From Natronosporangium sp. (lineage in GTDB: Bacteria > Actinomycetota > Actinomycetes > Mycobacteriales > Micromonosporaceae): 64,000 bases of DNA. The notes below the pieces were generated by a model that did no database searches, was not told where the DNA came from, and worked only from the letters and a program-made list of their open reading frames with translations. Made by a program: the position numbers and the translations under genes. Shown here piece by piece: positions 1 through 10,566 of this stretch (positions are counted from its first letter, which is position 1; each line of letters begins with the position of its first letter). The DNA lies in the NCBI GenBank assembly GCA_035304685.1, contig DATGPS010000035.1, positions 27,904 to 91,903 of the forward strand, given 5' to 3'.

Positions 1-91
1 CGACGACCGGATTCGGGCTGGTGGTCCCGAGGCCTCGCGCGGCCAGCTCTACCGCGCGACCCATCGCCGCTACCTCGGCTTGACTCGCCAT
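1..91 (-). CDS. ribD: Riboflavin biosynthesis protein RibD, N-terminal fragment (runs off the window)
   Basis: Manual translation from ATG at 91 gives MASQAEVAAMGRAVELAARGLGTTSPNPVV; SPNPxVG is the RibD deaminase N-terminal motif; lies directly downstream of an FMN riboswitch. Confidence 0.9.
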   Translation of the reverse strand, partial: MASQAEVAAMGRAVELAARGLGTTSPNPVV

Positions 92-164
92 CACCGCCCC
101 TTCTCGCGAGACGCGCAGGCGGTGGGCAGCAGAGCAGGACAGGGCAGCCCAAGGCTGCCGAGCC

Positions 165-352
165 GCGCGCTGCCTCCCATCCGGACTTTCTGAGCGGGGA
201 GTGGACCAGCCGGCCCCACGCTCAACCGTCGGCCCTGGAATCACACCAGGTCAACCGGTGACTCGCCGTCACCGGGTCGCGGGCTGACCGCCGGGGCCTC
301 GCTGCCCCGTGGATCACCGCCGGTTCGGAATTTCACCGAGTCCCGCCAGCGC
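165..352 (-). ncRNA. FMN riboswitch (RFN element)
   Basis: Minus strand carries the conserved blocks GGTGAAATTCCGAACCGGCGGT ... AGCCCGCGA ... GACCTGGTGTGATTCCAGGGCCGACGGT ... AAAGTCCGGATGGGAG upstream of ribD. Ends approximate. Confidence 0.93.
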
Positions 353-466
353 GTGGTGGGTTTGTTCACATCATCCCACGCCGGCCGGGCGCCGACGAGC
401 CGGCGGGGTCAACGTCACAGGACACGGCGCCGCGCCAGGGACGTACCGGGTCAAACCGGCAACCGC

Positions 467-1522
467 CTAGCTCGCGTGCGGCGGGTGCGAGGGGGCGTTC
501 GGTGCCAGGCCACGGTGCCGCCGCCGGTCGTACGCCACGTACGAGCCGCCGTGTTTCTTGGCGACGCTCTTCATCTCGTTCGCCACCGAGATCACCTCGC
601 GGGGATGGGCGAACGGGCGGCTGGTGGAGACCGCCACCCCCACCGAGAGCGACACCAAGTGGGGGCGCTGGACATTGCCGCGGCGGTCGACCAGCTCCAG
701 GTAGCCGCGCTCGGCGTCGATCGGGTCGTAGAGCTGGTCGGAGGCCCGCTCGAACTCCTCCACCGCCTGGGTGGTGATCGGCTGCACCTGCTCCGGTGCG
801 CACACCACCACGAAGTCGTCCCCGCCGATGTGCCCCAGGAACGCGCCCGGCGCCTGCTCCAGTACCGCCCGGTGCAGGCAGCGGGCGAGCGCGCCGATGA
901 ACTCGTCGCCGCGGCCGAACCCGTACGCGTCGTTGACGCTCTTGAACCGGTCGATGTCGATGTAGCAGACCGCGTACGGCTCGCCGCGGTTGACCCGCTC
1001 GGTGATCTCGCGAAAGATGCGGTTGTTGCCGGGCAGCCCGGTCAGCGGCGACACCTCGCGGTACTCCTGGGCGCGGCGCAGGGTGGAGCGCACCCGGGCC
1101 ATCAGCTCCGCGGTGTCGAACGGCTTGACCAGGTAGTCGTCGGCCCCGGCGCTGAGCCCGACCACCTTGTCCACGGTCAGCCCCTTCGCCGTCAACATGA
1201 TGATCGGCAAGGCGGCGGTCATCGGGTCGGCCCGCAGCCGGCGGGTCAGCTCCACCCCGTCGATGCGCGGCATCCGCACGTCCAGCACGGCGAGGTCCGG
1301 CTGGCGGTCCCGGACCATGGCCAGCGCCTGCTCGCCGTCCTGGGCGACCAGCACGTCGAACCCGTGTAATCGCAGGTTGACCTCGACGAACCGGGCGATG
1401 TCCTTGTCATCGTCGGCGACCAGGATCAGCGGAGGCTCGTCATCGGCGCCGTGACCGCCCAACTCGGCGGCCGCGTCCCGCAATGTACGCTCCGGCCGGG
1501 CTGAGGGGGAAGGCTCGGTCAC
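467..1522 (-). CDS. Response regulator receiver + GGDEF-domain protein (putative diguanylate cyclase)
   Basis: REC motifs (ILVADDD, LDVRMP, LTA, YLVKPF) followed by SPLTGLPGN, DIDRFKSVND and GHIGGDDF. GTG start at 1522 chosen from TAGACT 7 nt upstream. Confidence 0.88.
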   Translation of the reverse strand: MTEPSPSARPERTLRDAAAELGGHGADDEPPLILVADDDKDIARFVEVNLRLHGFDVLVAQDGEQALAMVRDRQPDLAVLDVRMPRIDGVELTRRLRADPMTAALPIIMLTAKGLTVDKVVGLSAGADDYLVKPFDTAELMARVRSTLRRAQEYREVSPLTGLPGNNRIFREITERVNRGEPYAVCYIDIDRFKSVNDAYGFGRGDEFIGALARCLHRAVLEQAPGAFLGHIGGDDFVVVCAPEQVQPITTQAVEEFERASDQLYDPIDAERGYLELVDRRGNVQRPHLVSLSVGVAVSTSRPFAHPREVISVANEMKSVAKKHGGSYVAYDRRRHRGLAPNAPSHPPHAS

Positions 1523-1612
1523 GCCGGCAAGTCTACGGTGAGGCACCGCGACTCTACGGACAGGTAGGGCCGGTCCGCGGGTGGTGAGCCGGTCTAACGG
1601 TGGCCGGGATGG

Positions 1613-2290
1613 TCACCGGGCGGCATCGACGTGCGGCTTCGCCAGTGCCCGCAGCCGCCGCACCGCCTCGGCCGGGTCCTCCGCGCCGTACACGGCCGTC
1701 CCGGCCACGAAGGCGTCCGCGCCCGCCTGCGCCGCCGCCTCGATCGTCTCCGCGCTGATGCCCCCGTCCACCTCGATCCGCACCGGTAGGTGCCCCTCGC
1801 GCAGATAACGGCGGGCGGTGCGCACCTTCGCCAGCAGCTCCGGGATGAAAGCCTGGCCCCCGAACCCCGCCTTGATCGTCATCACCAGCAGCACGTCGAA
1901 GTGGGGCAGGAGGTCCAGGTACGGCTCGATCGGGATGTCCCGGTCGATCGCCAGCCCGGCGAGTGACCCGGCGGCCCGCAGGTCGCGGGCGAGACCCGCC
2001 GGGTCCGCGCAGGTCTCCACGTGGAAGCTGACCAGATGCGCGCCGGCCTCGGCGTACGCGACCGCCCACCGCCGCGGGTCATCGATCATCAGATGGCAGT
2101 CCAGCGGCAGGCTGGTGGCCTTGCGCAGGCTCTCCACCACCGGTAGGCCGATGGTCAGGTTCGGCACGTAGTGGTAGTCCATCACGTCGACGTGAAGCCA
2201 GTCCGCCGCACCCTCCACCGCCCGGGCCTCAGCGGCCAGGTTGGCGAAGTCCGCGGCGAGCAGGCTCGGCGCGAGGATCGGCACAGACAC
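1613..2290 (-). CDS. rpe: Ribulose-phosphate 3-epimerase
   Basis: [26 protein letters not shown] and EVDGGI motifs. Confidence 0.96.
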   Translation of the reverse strand: MSVPILAPSLLAADFANLAAEARAVEGAADWLHVDVMDYHYVPNLTIGLPVVESLRKATSLPLDCHLMIDDPRRWAVAYAEAGAHLVSFHVETCADPAGLARDLRAAGSLAGLAIDRDIPIEPYLDLLPHFDVLLVMTIKAGFGGQAFIPELLAKVRTARRYLREGHLPVRIEVDGGISAETIEAAAQAGADAFVAGTAVYGAEDPAEAVRRLRALAKPHVDAAR

Positions 2291-2425
2291 CGCGCCAGTC
2301 TATGCGGGCCGCCGCTCCGCGAGCCTGGCGGGCGCCGGATTCCGCGGGGATCGCGGGAGCGCCGGGGCGGTGCGGCAGCCAGATGGTGGATCGCCGAGGA
2401 TGATCGGATGGTCGATGATGGACGC

Positions 2426-5317
2426 GTGCACAGCGACCAGGACGCGCCGCCCGAGGCCTTGGAACTGGCGATCAACGGCAAACCTCACCGGGCTCTGCTG
2501 CGCCCGGGCGAGGTACTACTGGTCGGGCGCGATCCCGCCTGCCAGATCGTGGTCCCCGACCGCTCGGTGTCCCGCCGTCACGCCGAGATCCGCCGGGTGG
2601 GCGACACCTGGGTGATCCGGGATCTGGGCAGCCGCAACGGCATCCACCTCAACGGAGAGCGCGCCGACGAGTTCCCGGTGACCGGCGGGGCGCAGGTCCG
2701 CATCGGTAGCCCGCACGACGGGCCGGTGCTCACGTTCGCGCTGCCCCGGCCCCGCGGGGCGGAGTCCGTCACCCAGGCGGCCGCGCCGATGCCGGCCGCC
2801 ACCGCGCGAAGCGGGGAACCGCGGGCCCAGGAACCGCCGCCGACCCAGGAACTCGCGCCACCCCGGGAGCCGGCGCCGACCCAGGAACTGCCGCCGGTCG
2901 AGCACCCGGCACCGGCCACCCAGCCGCTACCGACCGCGCAGACCGCACCGGCTACCGAGCCGTTGCCGCCCGCCCAGACCGCGCCGGCTACCCAGCCTTT
3001 GCCGCCCGCCCAGACGGCACCCGCCCAAACGGCACCGGCCACGCCGCCGTCCCGGTCGCGACCGGACGCCCCGGTGGTGTCGCCGGTCGTGTCCGCACTG
3101 GAGCCACCGCTGCCCGCCCCGCCCGCGCCGTCCGCGCCGCCGCGCCGGGTACGCGAAGCACCGGGCACACCGGTCGGCCGCCCGGAGATCGCGGCGTTCG
3201 ACGCCGCCGGCACCACCACGATCGGCCGCAGCGCCAGCTGTGACATCGTCCTGTACGACCTGCTGGTCTCCCGCCGGCACGCGATGATCCGCCAGGTCGG
3301 CCAGGAACACCACCTGATCGACCTCGGTAGCACCAACGGAACGTACCTGAACGGCCGCCGGATCAGCCGCGCCGTGCTCCGCGCCGGTGACCTCGTCTCC
3401 ATCGGCCACTACGAGCTGACCTTCGATGGGCGGCGACTGCACGAGCGGGTCGATGCCGGCCCCATCTCGCTGACCGCGGAACGGATCACGGTGGACATCG
3501 GCTCCCGCCGGATCGTCGAGGATGTGAGCTTCTCGCTGGAACAAGGCAGCCTGCTGGGCATCATCGGGCCCAGCGGGTGTGGAAAGTCCACCCTGGTGCG
3601 CGCGGTGGCCGGGCTGCAACAGGCCAGCGGCGGGCGGGTCACCTACGACGGGCGGGATCTGTACGCCGACTACGCCGAGCTGCGGTACCGCATCGGCATG
3701 GTGCCGCAGGACGACGTGCTGCACCGGCAGTTGACGGTGCGCCGGGCGCTGCGGTTCGCCGCCTCCCTGCGGTTCGCCGACGACGTATCCCGCTCCGAGC
3801 GGCACGCCCGGGTAGAGGAGGTGATGCAGACCCTCGGGCTGACCCACTCGGCCAAGCAGCGGATCGACCGGCTCTCCGGCGGGCAGCGCAAGCGCACCTC
3901 GGTCGCGCTGGAGCTGCTGACCGAGCCGTCCATGTTGTGCCTGGACGAACCGACCTCCGGGCTGGACCCGGCGCTGGACCGCGACGTCATGCGGGAGCTG
4001 CGCGCCCTCGCCGACCGGGGCCGCACCGTACTCTGTATCACCCACAGCGTGCTCCACCTGGACTACTGCGACCGGGTGCTGGTGTTGTGCCCGGGCGGCA
4101 CCACCGGCTACTTCGGCCCCCCGGAAGAGCTGCTGCGCTTCTTCGAAGCCGAGGACTACGCGGACGTGTTCGCCAAGGTGACCCGGCAGCCGGAGTACTG
4201 GACCCGCCGCTACCGGGAGTCCCCTCTGTACCGCCGGTATGTGGTGGAGCCGATCGTCTCGGCGCTGGCGGCGCCCCGGCCGGCAGAGGTCACGGGCGCA
4301 CCGCAGGCCAACGGCGGCGCCGCGGCCCAGGCGGCGGGCGGCGTGACCGGCGCCCCGGCGCGGCCGGCGGAAGGCCCGGACCATCCGCCGGAGGGCGGGT
4401 TCTCCGCCGGCGGGGTGCCGCCCCCCGCGCCGCTGGCCAAGGTGCTACGCCACGGCCGGACTCCGCTCGGCAGCCGGGCCCGCGACCCGGTGGCGCCGTT
4501 GCGGCAGTTCACCACCCTCAGCCTGCGCATGTTCGCCGTCACCATCGCCGACCGCGGGTACGCACTGTTCCTGCTGGGGCTGCCCATGGTGCTGGCGCTG
4601 CTCTCGCACGCGGTACCGGGCGGCACCGGGCTGGCCCAGACCGCGGGCGTCAGCGGCGACGAACGGCTGGAAGCGATGCGCATCCTCGTGGTGCTGGTAG
4701 TGGGCGCGGCGTTCATCGGGATCTCCTCGGCCATCCGGGAGATCGTCAACGAGTCGACGATCTACAAGCGCGAACGCGCGGTGGGCCTCTCCCCCGGTGC
4801 GTACCTGGCCGGAAAATTCGTGGTGCTGGGCATCATCAACGTGATCCAGGTGACGGTCTTCGTCTGGCTCTCCCTGCTGGGCCGTGGCGGCCCGGATGCG
4901 GCGCTGGTCCTCGGCTCCCCCATGCTGGAGATCATCGTGCCGGTGGCGATGGTGACCACCAGCGCCACCATGCTCGGACTGTGCATCAGCGCGCTCGCCC
5001 GCTCCGTGGCCCAGACCACCCCGGTGCTGGTGGTGGTGGTGATGGCGATGCTGGTGCTCTCCGGTGGACTCTTCGAACTCAGCGGACAAGCCGTGCTGGA
5101 GCAGGTCTCCTGGCTGTCGCCTACCCGCTGGGGGTTCGCCGCCGGCGCGGCCACCGTGGACCTGCTGCGGATGGTCCAGCCCATCTACAACGATCCGCTC
5201 TGGGTCCACACCGCCGAGGCGTGGTGGCGCGCGATCCTGTTGCTGACGCTCCAGGTGGCGGCGCTCACCACGGCGGCCCGGCTAGCGATGAACCGGCTGG
5301 AACCCGGTCGGAGCTGA
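2426..5317 (+). CDS. FHA-FHA-ABC transporter (ATPase + ABC-2 permease), Rv1747-like
   Basis: Two FHA domains (GR..., VSRRHA, DLGSxNG), Walker A GPSGCGKS, LSGGQ, LDEPT, and about 6 C-terminal TM helices. Start is 2426 (GTG) or 2408 (ATG), not 2171. Confidence 0.92.
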   Translation: MHSDQDAPPEALELAINGKPHRALLRPGEVLLVGRDPACQIVVPDRSVSRRHAEIRRVGDTWVIRDLGSRNGIHLNGERADEFPVTGGAQVRIGSPHDGPVLTFALPRPRGAESVTQAAAPMPAATARSGEPRAQEPPPTQELAPPREPAPTQELPPVEHPAPATQPLPTAQTAPATEPLPPAQTAPATQPLPPAQTAPAQTAPATPPSRSRPDAPVVSPVVSALEPPLPAPPAPSAPPRRVREAPGTPVGRPEIAAFDAAGTTTIGRSASCDIVLYDLLVSRRHAMIRQVGQEHHLIDLGSTNGTYLNGRRISRAVLRAGDLVSIGHYELTFDGRRLHERVDAGPISLTAERITVDIGSRRIVEDVSFSLEQGSLLGIIGPSGCGKSTLVRAVAGLQQASGGRVTYDGRDLYADYAELRYRIGMVPQDDVLHRQLTVRRALRFAASLRFADDVSRSERHARVEEVMQTLGLTHSAKQRIDRLSGGQRKRTSVALELLTEPSMLCLDEPTSGLDPALDRDVMRELRALADRGRTVLCITHSVLHLDYCDRVLVLCPGGTTGYFGPPEELLRFFEAEDYADVFAKVTRQPEYWTRRYRESPLYRRYVVEPIVSALAAPRPAEVTGAPQANGGAAAQAAGGVTGAPARPAEGPDHPPEGGFSAGGVPPPAPLAKVLRHGRTPLGSRARDPVAPLRQFTTLSLRMFAVTIADRGYALFLLGLPMVLALLSHAVPGGTGLAQTAGVSGDERLEAMRILVVLVVGAAFIGISSAIREIVNESTIYKRERAVGLSPGAYLAGKFVVLGIINVIQVTVFVWLSLLGRGGPDAALVLGSPMLEIIVPVAMVTTSATMLGLCISALARSVAQTTPVLVVVVMAMLVLSGGLFELSGQAVLEQVSWLSPTRWGFAAGAATVDLLRMVQPIYNDPLWVHTAEAWWRAILLLTLQVAALTTAARLAMNRLEPGRS
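2843..3045 (+). repeat. ~36-nt (12-aa) degenerate coding repeat in the inter-FHA linker
   Basis: ACC Thr codons starting TQEL/TQEL/TQPL/TEPL/TQPL at 2843, 2879, 2918, 2954 and 2990. Confidence 0.85.
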
Positions 5318-5336
5318 CCCCGACCGCCTGCCGGCG

Positions 5337-6824
5337 TTAGCCGGTGCGGCGTATCAGGGCGAGGAACATCGCGTCGGTGCCGTGGCGGTGGGGCCAGAGC
5401 TGGACGGTGGGGCCCTCGCCCAGGCCGGGCATGCCCGCCGGCAGGTACTCGCGGGCGTCCACCAGCGCCGTCGGGTGCGGGCTGCGACGCCGGGCCTCCG
5501 CCACGGTCACGGCGGTCTCCGCCAGGTGGGGCGAGCAGGTCGCGTACGCCACCACCCCACCGGGGCGGGCGGCCGCGATCGCCGCGACCAGCAGTTCGCG
5601 TTGCCGGCGGGTGAGAGCGGGCAGGTCGGAGGGTTGCCGGCGCCACCGGGCCTCCGGGCGGCGGCGCAGGGCACCGAGCCCGGTGCACGGGGCGTCCACC
5701 AGCACCCGGGCGAACGTGTTCGCCGGCAGGTCGCCCTGGCCGACCGTACGCCCGTCCTCCTGCCGCACCGTGACCGGCAGCCCCTCCACCGCCCGCGCCA
5801 CCAGGGCGGCGCGGTGCGGGGCGACCTCCACCGCGGTGACGGTGGCGCCGTGCCGGGCGGCGAGGCTGCCGAGCAGGGCGGCCTTGCCGCCCGGCCCGGC
5901 GCACAGGTCCAGCCACTGCTCGGCCGGCCCCTCCGAGATCGGCACTTCGGTGAGCGCCAGGGTCACCAGCTGCGACCCCTCGTCCTGGACGTGGGCCCGG
6001 CCGGCCGCCACCGCGGGCAGGTCACCGGGGTGCCCGCCGGGCAGGTAAACGGCGAACGGCGAGAACGCCCCGGGCGCGCCGCCCACCTCGTCGGCGAGCT
6101 CCACCGGGTCGATCCGGCCCGGCCGGGCGCACAGGTGCACCGGTGCGGGTTCGTTGTTCTCGGCCAGCAGCCGCGCCACCTCCGGCAGGTCTCCACCGAG
6201 GCTCTCCGAGAACGCCCGCACGATCCAGGGCGGGTGGCTGTAGGTGAGCGCCAGGTTGCCCACCGGGTCGGTCTCGTAGGCCGGCGCGAGCCGGGCGAGC
6301 CACGCGTCCAGCGGCTCGGCCGAGACTCTCCGCAGCACCGCGTTGGCGAAGCCGGTCGCGCCCGGCGCCACCACCTTCACCAACCCCACCGTGGCGGAGA
6401 CGGCGGCGTGCGCCGGTACCCGGGTGTAGAGCAACTGGTAGGCGCCGAGCCGCAGCGCGTCGCGTGCCGGTGGGTCGATCCGGTCCACCGGCCGATCGGC
6501 GGCGGCGGCGATGATCTCGTCGAGGGTTCCCTGCCGGCGCAGGGTGCCGTACGTGAGCTCGGTGGCGAGGGCGGCGTCCCGGTCGGAGAGGTCGGCGCGG
6601 GCCAGGATCGCCGGCAGCACCAGGTTGGCGTACGCGTCGTCGCGGTGGACGGCGGCCACCGCCTGGTAGGCGGCGTACCGCGCGGCCTCGCCGGGTGCCC
6701 ACCGGTGCTCGCGCCCCCGATCCCGGTCGCGACGCTCCCGGTCGCGACCCCGCTCCCGGTCGCGGCCCCGGCCGCGGTCCCGCCCCCGGTCACGGTCACG
6801 CTGCCGCCGCCCGGGTGGGGTCAC
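5337..6824 (-). CDS. rsmB: 16S rRNA m5C967 methyltransferase (Sun/Fmu)
   Basis: NusB-like N-domain, [23 protein letters not shown] and YATCS; GTG at 6824 overlaps the fmt stop (GTGA). Confidence 0.92.
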   Translation of the reverse strand: MTPPGRRQRDRDRGRDRGRGRDRERGRDRERRDRDRGREHRWAPGEAARYAAYQAVAAVHRDDAYANLVLPAILARADLSDRDAALATELTYGTLRRQGTLDEIIAAAADRPVDRIDPPARDALRLGAYQLLYTRVPAHAAVSATVGLVKVVAPGATGFANAVLRRVSAEPLDAWLARLAPAYETDPVGNLALTYSHPPWIVRAFSESLGGDLPEVARLLAENNEPAPVHLCARPGRIDPVELADEVGGAPGAFSPFAVYLPGGHPGDLPAVAAGRAHVQDEGSQLVTLALTEVPISEGPAEQWLDLCAGPGGKAALLGSLAARHGATVTAVEVAPHRAALVARAVEGLPVTVRQEDGRTVGQGDLPANTFARVLVDAPCTGLGALRRRPEARWRRQPSDLPALTRRQRELLVAAIAAARPGGVVAYATCSPHLAETAVTVAEARRRSPHPTALVDAREYLPAGMPGLGEGPTVQLWPHRHGTDAMFLALIRRTG

Positions 6825-7744
6825 CCGAACCGCTCCCCGGCTGCGGGGCGCACCCCGCGCATCCAGTCCTCGGCCGCCATCTGCTTGCGCCCGGCGGGCT
6901 GGACCTGCCCCAACGCCACCGGGGTGGTGGCGGTGCCGACGAGGACCCGGCGCTGGTCCAGCCGGATCTCTCCCGGCGCCAGCGGCGGCTCCTCGGTCAC
7001 CTGCACCGGCCCCAGCTTGACCCGCTCCCCGCGGAAGGTGGTCCACGCCCCGGGCGCGGGGGTACAGGCGCGCACCCGCCGGTCCACCGCCAGCGCCGGC
7101 TCTGACCAGCGCACCCGCGCGTCCGCCACGGTGATCTTCGGCGCCAGGGAGACCCCGTCGGCCGGCTGCGGCACGGCCCGGGCGGTGCCCTGCGCGATCC
7201 CGTCCAGCACCCGCACCAGCAGGTGCGCCCCGGTGCGGGCCAGCCGGTCAAGCAGGTCACCGGCGGTGTCGTGCGGGCCGATCGGCTCGGTGACGGTGCC
7301 GTAGACCGGGCCGGTGTCCAGCCCCTCCTCCAGTTGGAACACGCTGGCGCCGGTCAGCTCGTCGCCGCGCAGGATCGCGTGCTGTACCGGCGCCGCCCCG
7401 CGCCACGCCGGCAGCAGCGAGAAGTGCAGGTTCACCCAGCCGTAGGTGGGGATCTCCAGCGCGGCCGGCGGCACCAGCGCGCCGTAGGCCACCACCGGCA
7501 CGCAGTCGGGCGCGAGCGCCCGGAGCCGGTCGAGGAACTCGGGTTCGCCCGGCCGGGCCGGGGTCAACACCTCCACGCCACGCTCATCTGCCCACCGCCC
7601 GACCGGCGAACGCACCAGCCGGTGCCCCCGGCCGGCCACCGCGTCCGGGCGGGTGACCACCGCGACCAGCTCGTGACTGGAGGCGGCGATCGCGTCCAGC
7701 GTGGGCAGCGCCACCGCCGGCGTGCCGGCGAACACCAGGCGCAT
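6821..7744 (-). CDS. fmt: Methionyl-tRNA formyltransferase
   Basis: [22 protein letters not shown] and LDTGPV motifs; follows def. Confidence 0.96.
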   Translation of the reverse strand: MRLVFAGTPAVALPTLDAIAASSHELVAVVTRPDAVAGRGHRLVRSPVGRWADERGVEVLTPARPGEPEFLDRLRALAPDCVPVVAYGALVPPAALEIPTYGWVNLHFSLLPAWRGAAPVQHAILRGDELTGASVFQLEEGLDTGPVYGTVTEPIGPHDTAGDLLDRLARTGAHLLVRVLDGIAQGTARAVPQPADGVSLAPKITVADARVRWSEPALAVDRRVRACTPAPGAWTTFRGERVKLGPVQVTEEPPLAPGEIRLDQRRVLVGTATTPVALGQVQPAGRKQMAAEDWMRGVRPAAGERFG

Positions 7745-7746
7745 GC

Positions 7747-8301
7747 TCACCCGCCCAGGCCGAGCGGGCTGGGGTGCGGGCTCACCTTCACCTTCGGCGG
7801 GGCGGCGGGGTCGTACCACTCCGCCTGCCGGATCAGGCGCATCGCTTCCTTGCGGCGCTCCGGGTCGAGGCGGTCGATGAAGAGCACACCCTCCAGGTGG
7901 TCGTGCTCGTGCTGGACGCAGCGGGCCATGGTGCCGGTGCCGACCAACTGCACCGGGTCACCGTGCTGGTTGAAGCCCTTGGCGACCACGTTCATGCGCC
8001 GCTTGGTGTCCACGTAGACCCCGGGGATGGAGAGACATCCCTCCGGGCCGTCCTGCTCCTCCTCGTCCGGGAACTCCACGACCGGGTTCACCAGGTGGCC
8101 CCGGACGCCGTCGACATCGAACACGAACACCCGCAGGCCCACCCCGAGCTGCGGCGCGGCCAGGCCGCTGCCCTCCTGCTCCCGCAGCGTGTCGGTGAGG
8201 TCGGTGACGAGCGTGCGCAGCTCCTTGTCGAAATCCGTGACCGGCTCGGCCGGCGTGCGCAGCACCGGGTCACCGAACAGGCGAATGGGTTGGACGGTCA
8301 A
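7747..8301 (-). CDS. def: Peptide deformylase
   Basis: [13 protein letters not shown] and HEHDH motifs; TTG start with GAGGGAG RBS. Confidence 0.95.
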   Translation of the reverse strand: MTVQPIRLFGDPVLRTPAEPVTDFDKELRTLVTDLTDTLREQEGSGLAAPQLGVGLRVFVFDVDGVRGHLVNPVVEFPDEEEQDGPEGCLSIPGVYVDTKRRMNVVAKGFNQHGDPVQLVGTGTMARCVQHEHDHLEGVLFIDRLDPERRKEAMRLIRQAEWYDPAAPPKVKVSPHPSPLGLGG

Positions 8302-8350
8302 GATTCTCCCTCGATCACAGCGTCGCTCGCGGTCGGCTCCCAGTCTACGG

Positions 8351-10480
8351 TTACCGCAAGTGGTGCGGATCAACCTGGATCCGCACCGGATCGCGGGCCT
8401 TGCGGGCGCTGCGAACCCCGGCGGCGGTGTGCAGGGCCGCGGCCAGCGCCGCGCCGTCCCGCCGGGGTACGCGCAACAACACCCGCTCCTGGTCGGTAAC
8501 CGGATCCTGACCGCCGGCGGAGTCCTGGGCGGTCTCCGGGCGCTGGCCCCCGTCCCCGGTCCTAGCCGGAGGGCCGAGCGGTCCGTCGCCGGGCACCGGG
8601 ACCGGGCCGAGTACCTCGGTGCTCTCCGGCAGCCGGGCGCTGTCGAGCAGGTCGGCCACGGCCTGCGGGGTTCCGGTGACGGTGGCGAGCCGGACCGCGG
8701 GCGGGAACCGGAGTTCCCGGCGCCCGGCCAGCTCACGCTCGGCGTACCAGCCCGGATCGAACCGCAGCAGCGCCTGCACGGTGGGCAGCCCGCCGTCGGC
8801 CACCACCACCACGGTCGCCCGGGGCCGCGCCAGCGCGGCCGCCGCGAGCCACCGCCGCAGGGCCTCTTCCCCGGCGCGCAGGTCGGCGCGGGTCAGCAGT
8901 GCCCAGGTGTCCAGCAACAGCACCGCGCCGTACCCGCCTTCGGCCACCGGCTCCGCTCCGGGGGTGGCTACCACCAGCGCGGGCCGCGCCGGGACGCCGG
9001 CGAGCACGGAGCTGCCGCCGGAGGTGCGCACCGGCGTGCCGGGGAAGGCGCGGCCCAGCTCCTCGGCGGTGCGACCGGCGCCGATGACCGCGGCCCGCAG
9101 CCGGCGGCCACCGCACTCGGGGCAGGCGTACGCGGCCCACGGCCGCCCGCACCAGCGGCAGGTGGGCACGGCACGGGCGGCGGGCAGCGCCAGCGGCCCG
9201 GCGCAGTGCGGGCAGCGGGCCGGGGTGCGGCAGCGGGCGCAGGCCACGGCCGGCAGGTAGCCGCGGCGGGGCACCTGGACCAGGACCGGCGCGCCGGCCG
9301 CGAGCGCCTCCCGGGCCGCGCGCCAGGCGTGGCTGGGCAGCCGCGCGGCGGCGGCCGCCGGGTCGCGGGCGAGCTGCGGGTCGTCGCCGGTGGGGGTGAC
9401 GACCGGGGCGCGGGCCCGCAGCGTCACCCGGTCCGCGGTGACCGCCCGGGCCCAGCCGCTCTCCAGCAGCTGCTGCGCCTCGGCGGTGCGGGTGTACCCG
9501 CCGACCAGCACCGCCGCGCCGGTGAGCTGGGCCCGGGTGAGTAGCACCTCCCGGGCGTGCGGGTACGGGGCGCGCGGCTCGGCGTACAGGTCGTCGCCGT
9601 CGTCCCAGATCGCCACCAGGCCGAGCCGGGACACCGGAGCGAGCATGGCCGCCCGGGTACCGGCGACCACGGCGACGTGTCCGCGGCTGGCGCGCAGGAA
9701 CCGGCGGTACCGTTCGGCGGGCCCCAGCGCGGCGGAGAGCGCCACGTGCCGGCCGGGGCCGAGCCGGTCGGCCAGGGCGGCGTCCAACCGTTCCAGGTCG
9801 CGGGCGTCCGCCACCAGTAGCAGAGCCCCGCGCCCGCCCCGGAGGGTGGCGGCGGCCGCTTCGGCTAACCGGGCGGGCCAGTCCTCGCCCGGGGTGGCGG
9901 TCCACACCGCCCGCGGGGCCCGCCCATCGGTGAGAGCCCGCAGCATCGCGGGCCCGGCCGGGTACGCCCCCCACCCGTCCGCCCCCTGCCCGTCCCTCGC
10001 CTGCCCGGTCCCCGCGATGACGCCGGGGGCATGGTCGGCACCGGGCGTCGGGGTCATGATCGGGGAGGTGGGGCCGGGGGCGGGTTCCGCCTCCACCCGG
10101 GCGTGGCGGGGCGGTACCGCGAGCCGCAGCACGTCCGCGAGGCTGCCGGCGTACCGGGCGGCGACCGCCCGGGCCAGGGCCAGCACCTCCGGGTCCAGCA
10201 CCGGCTCCGGGGAGACCACGCGTTCCAGGTACGCCAGGGCGCCGCGGTGGTCGGACTCAGCCACCCGCTCCAGCAGCCAACCATCCACCAGTTGACCGGC
10301 GAACCGGACCCGGACCCGGACGCCGGGCCGGGCCGCCTCAGCGGCGCCGGCGGGCACCAGGTAGTCGAAGGGCCGGTCCAGGTGGGGTAGGGGTATGTCC
10401 ACGCAGACCCGCGCCACCGGCGCGTCGGCCGCTGGCTGGCGCCGTCGCGATGGCCGGCGTGTCGCCACTGCGCGCCACAA
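8351..10480 (-). CDS. priA: Primosomal protein N'
   Basis: LDRPFDY, GTRAAMLAP, RRGY, four CxxC zinc motifs, FPPA. Start may be GTG 10468. Confidence 0.92.
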   Translation of the reverse strand: MWRAVATRRPSRRRQPAADAPVARVCVDIPLPHLDRPFDYLVPAGAAEAARPGVRVRVRFAGQLVDGWLLERVAESDHRGALAYLERVVSPEPVLDPEVLALARAVAARYAGSLADVLRLAVPPRHARVEAEPAPGPTSPIMTPTPGADHAPGVIAGTGQARDGQGADGWGAYPAGPAMLRALTDGRAPRAVWTATPGEDWPARLAEAAAATLRGGRGALLLVADARDLERLDAALADRLGPGRHVALSAALGPAERYRRFLRASRGHVAVVAGTRAAMLAPVSRLGLVAIWDDGDDLYAEPRAPYPHAREVLLTRAQLTGAAVLVGGYTRTAEAQQLLESGWARAVTADRVTLRARAPVVTPTGDDPQLARDPAAAAARLPSHAWRAAREALAAGAPVLVQVPRRGYLPAVACARCRTPARCPHCAGPLALPAARAVPTCRWCGRPWAAYACPECGGRRLRAAVIGAGRTAEELGRAFPGTPVRTSGGSSVLAGVPARPALVVATPGAEPVAEGGYGAVLLLDTWALLTRADLRAGEEALRRWLAAAALARPRATVVVVADGGLPTVQALLRFDPGWYAERELAGRRELRFPPAVRLATVTGTPQAVADLLDSARLPESTEVLGPVPVPGDGPLGPPARTGDGGQRPETAQDSAGGQDPVTDQERVLLRVPRRDGAALAAALHTAAGVRSARKARDPVRIQVDPHHLR

Positions 10481-10566
10481 TCAACACCAGCCCGGGGACG
10501 GTTTCGCCGCGGCTTCCGGCGGCGACCACGTCCCAGGACTGGTGTGGACCATGGCTACGACGCCTT

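Noticed and set aside
2171-2425. Long N-terminal extensions in the ORF track (FHA-ABC, rsmB, def, kinase from 20450, SDR from 32426, efp, aroC)
   Set aside because: They overlap neighbouring genes, and downstream starts with an RBS, coupling or a -10 element fit better.
8351-10480. PriA lacking Walker A and DEEH helicase motifs
   Set aside because: Helicase-degenerate PriA is an established actinobacterial trait, not a pseudogene or a novelty.
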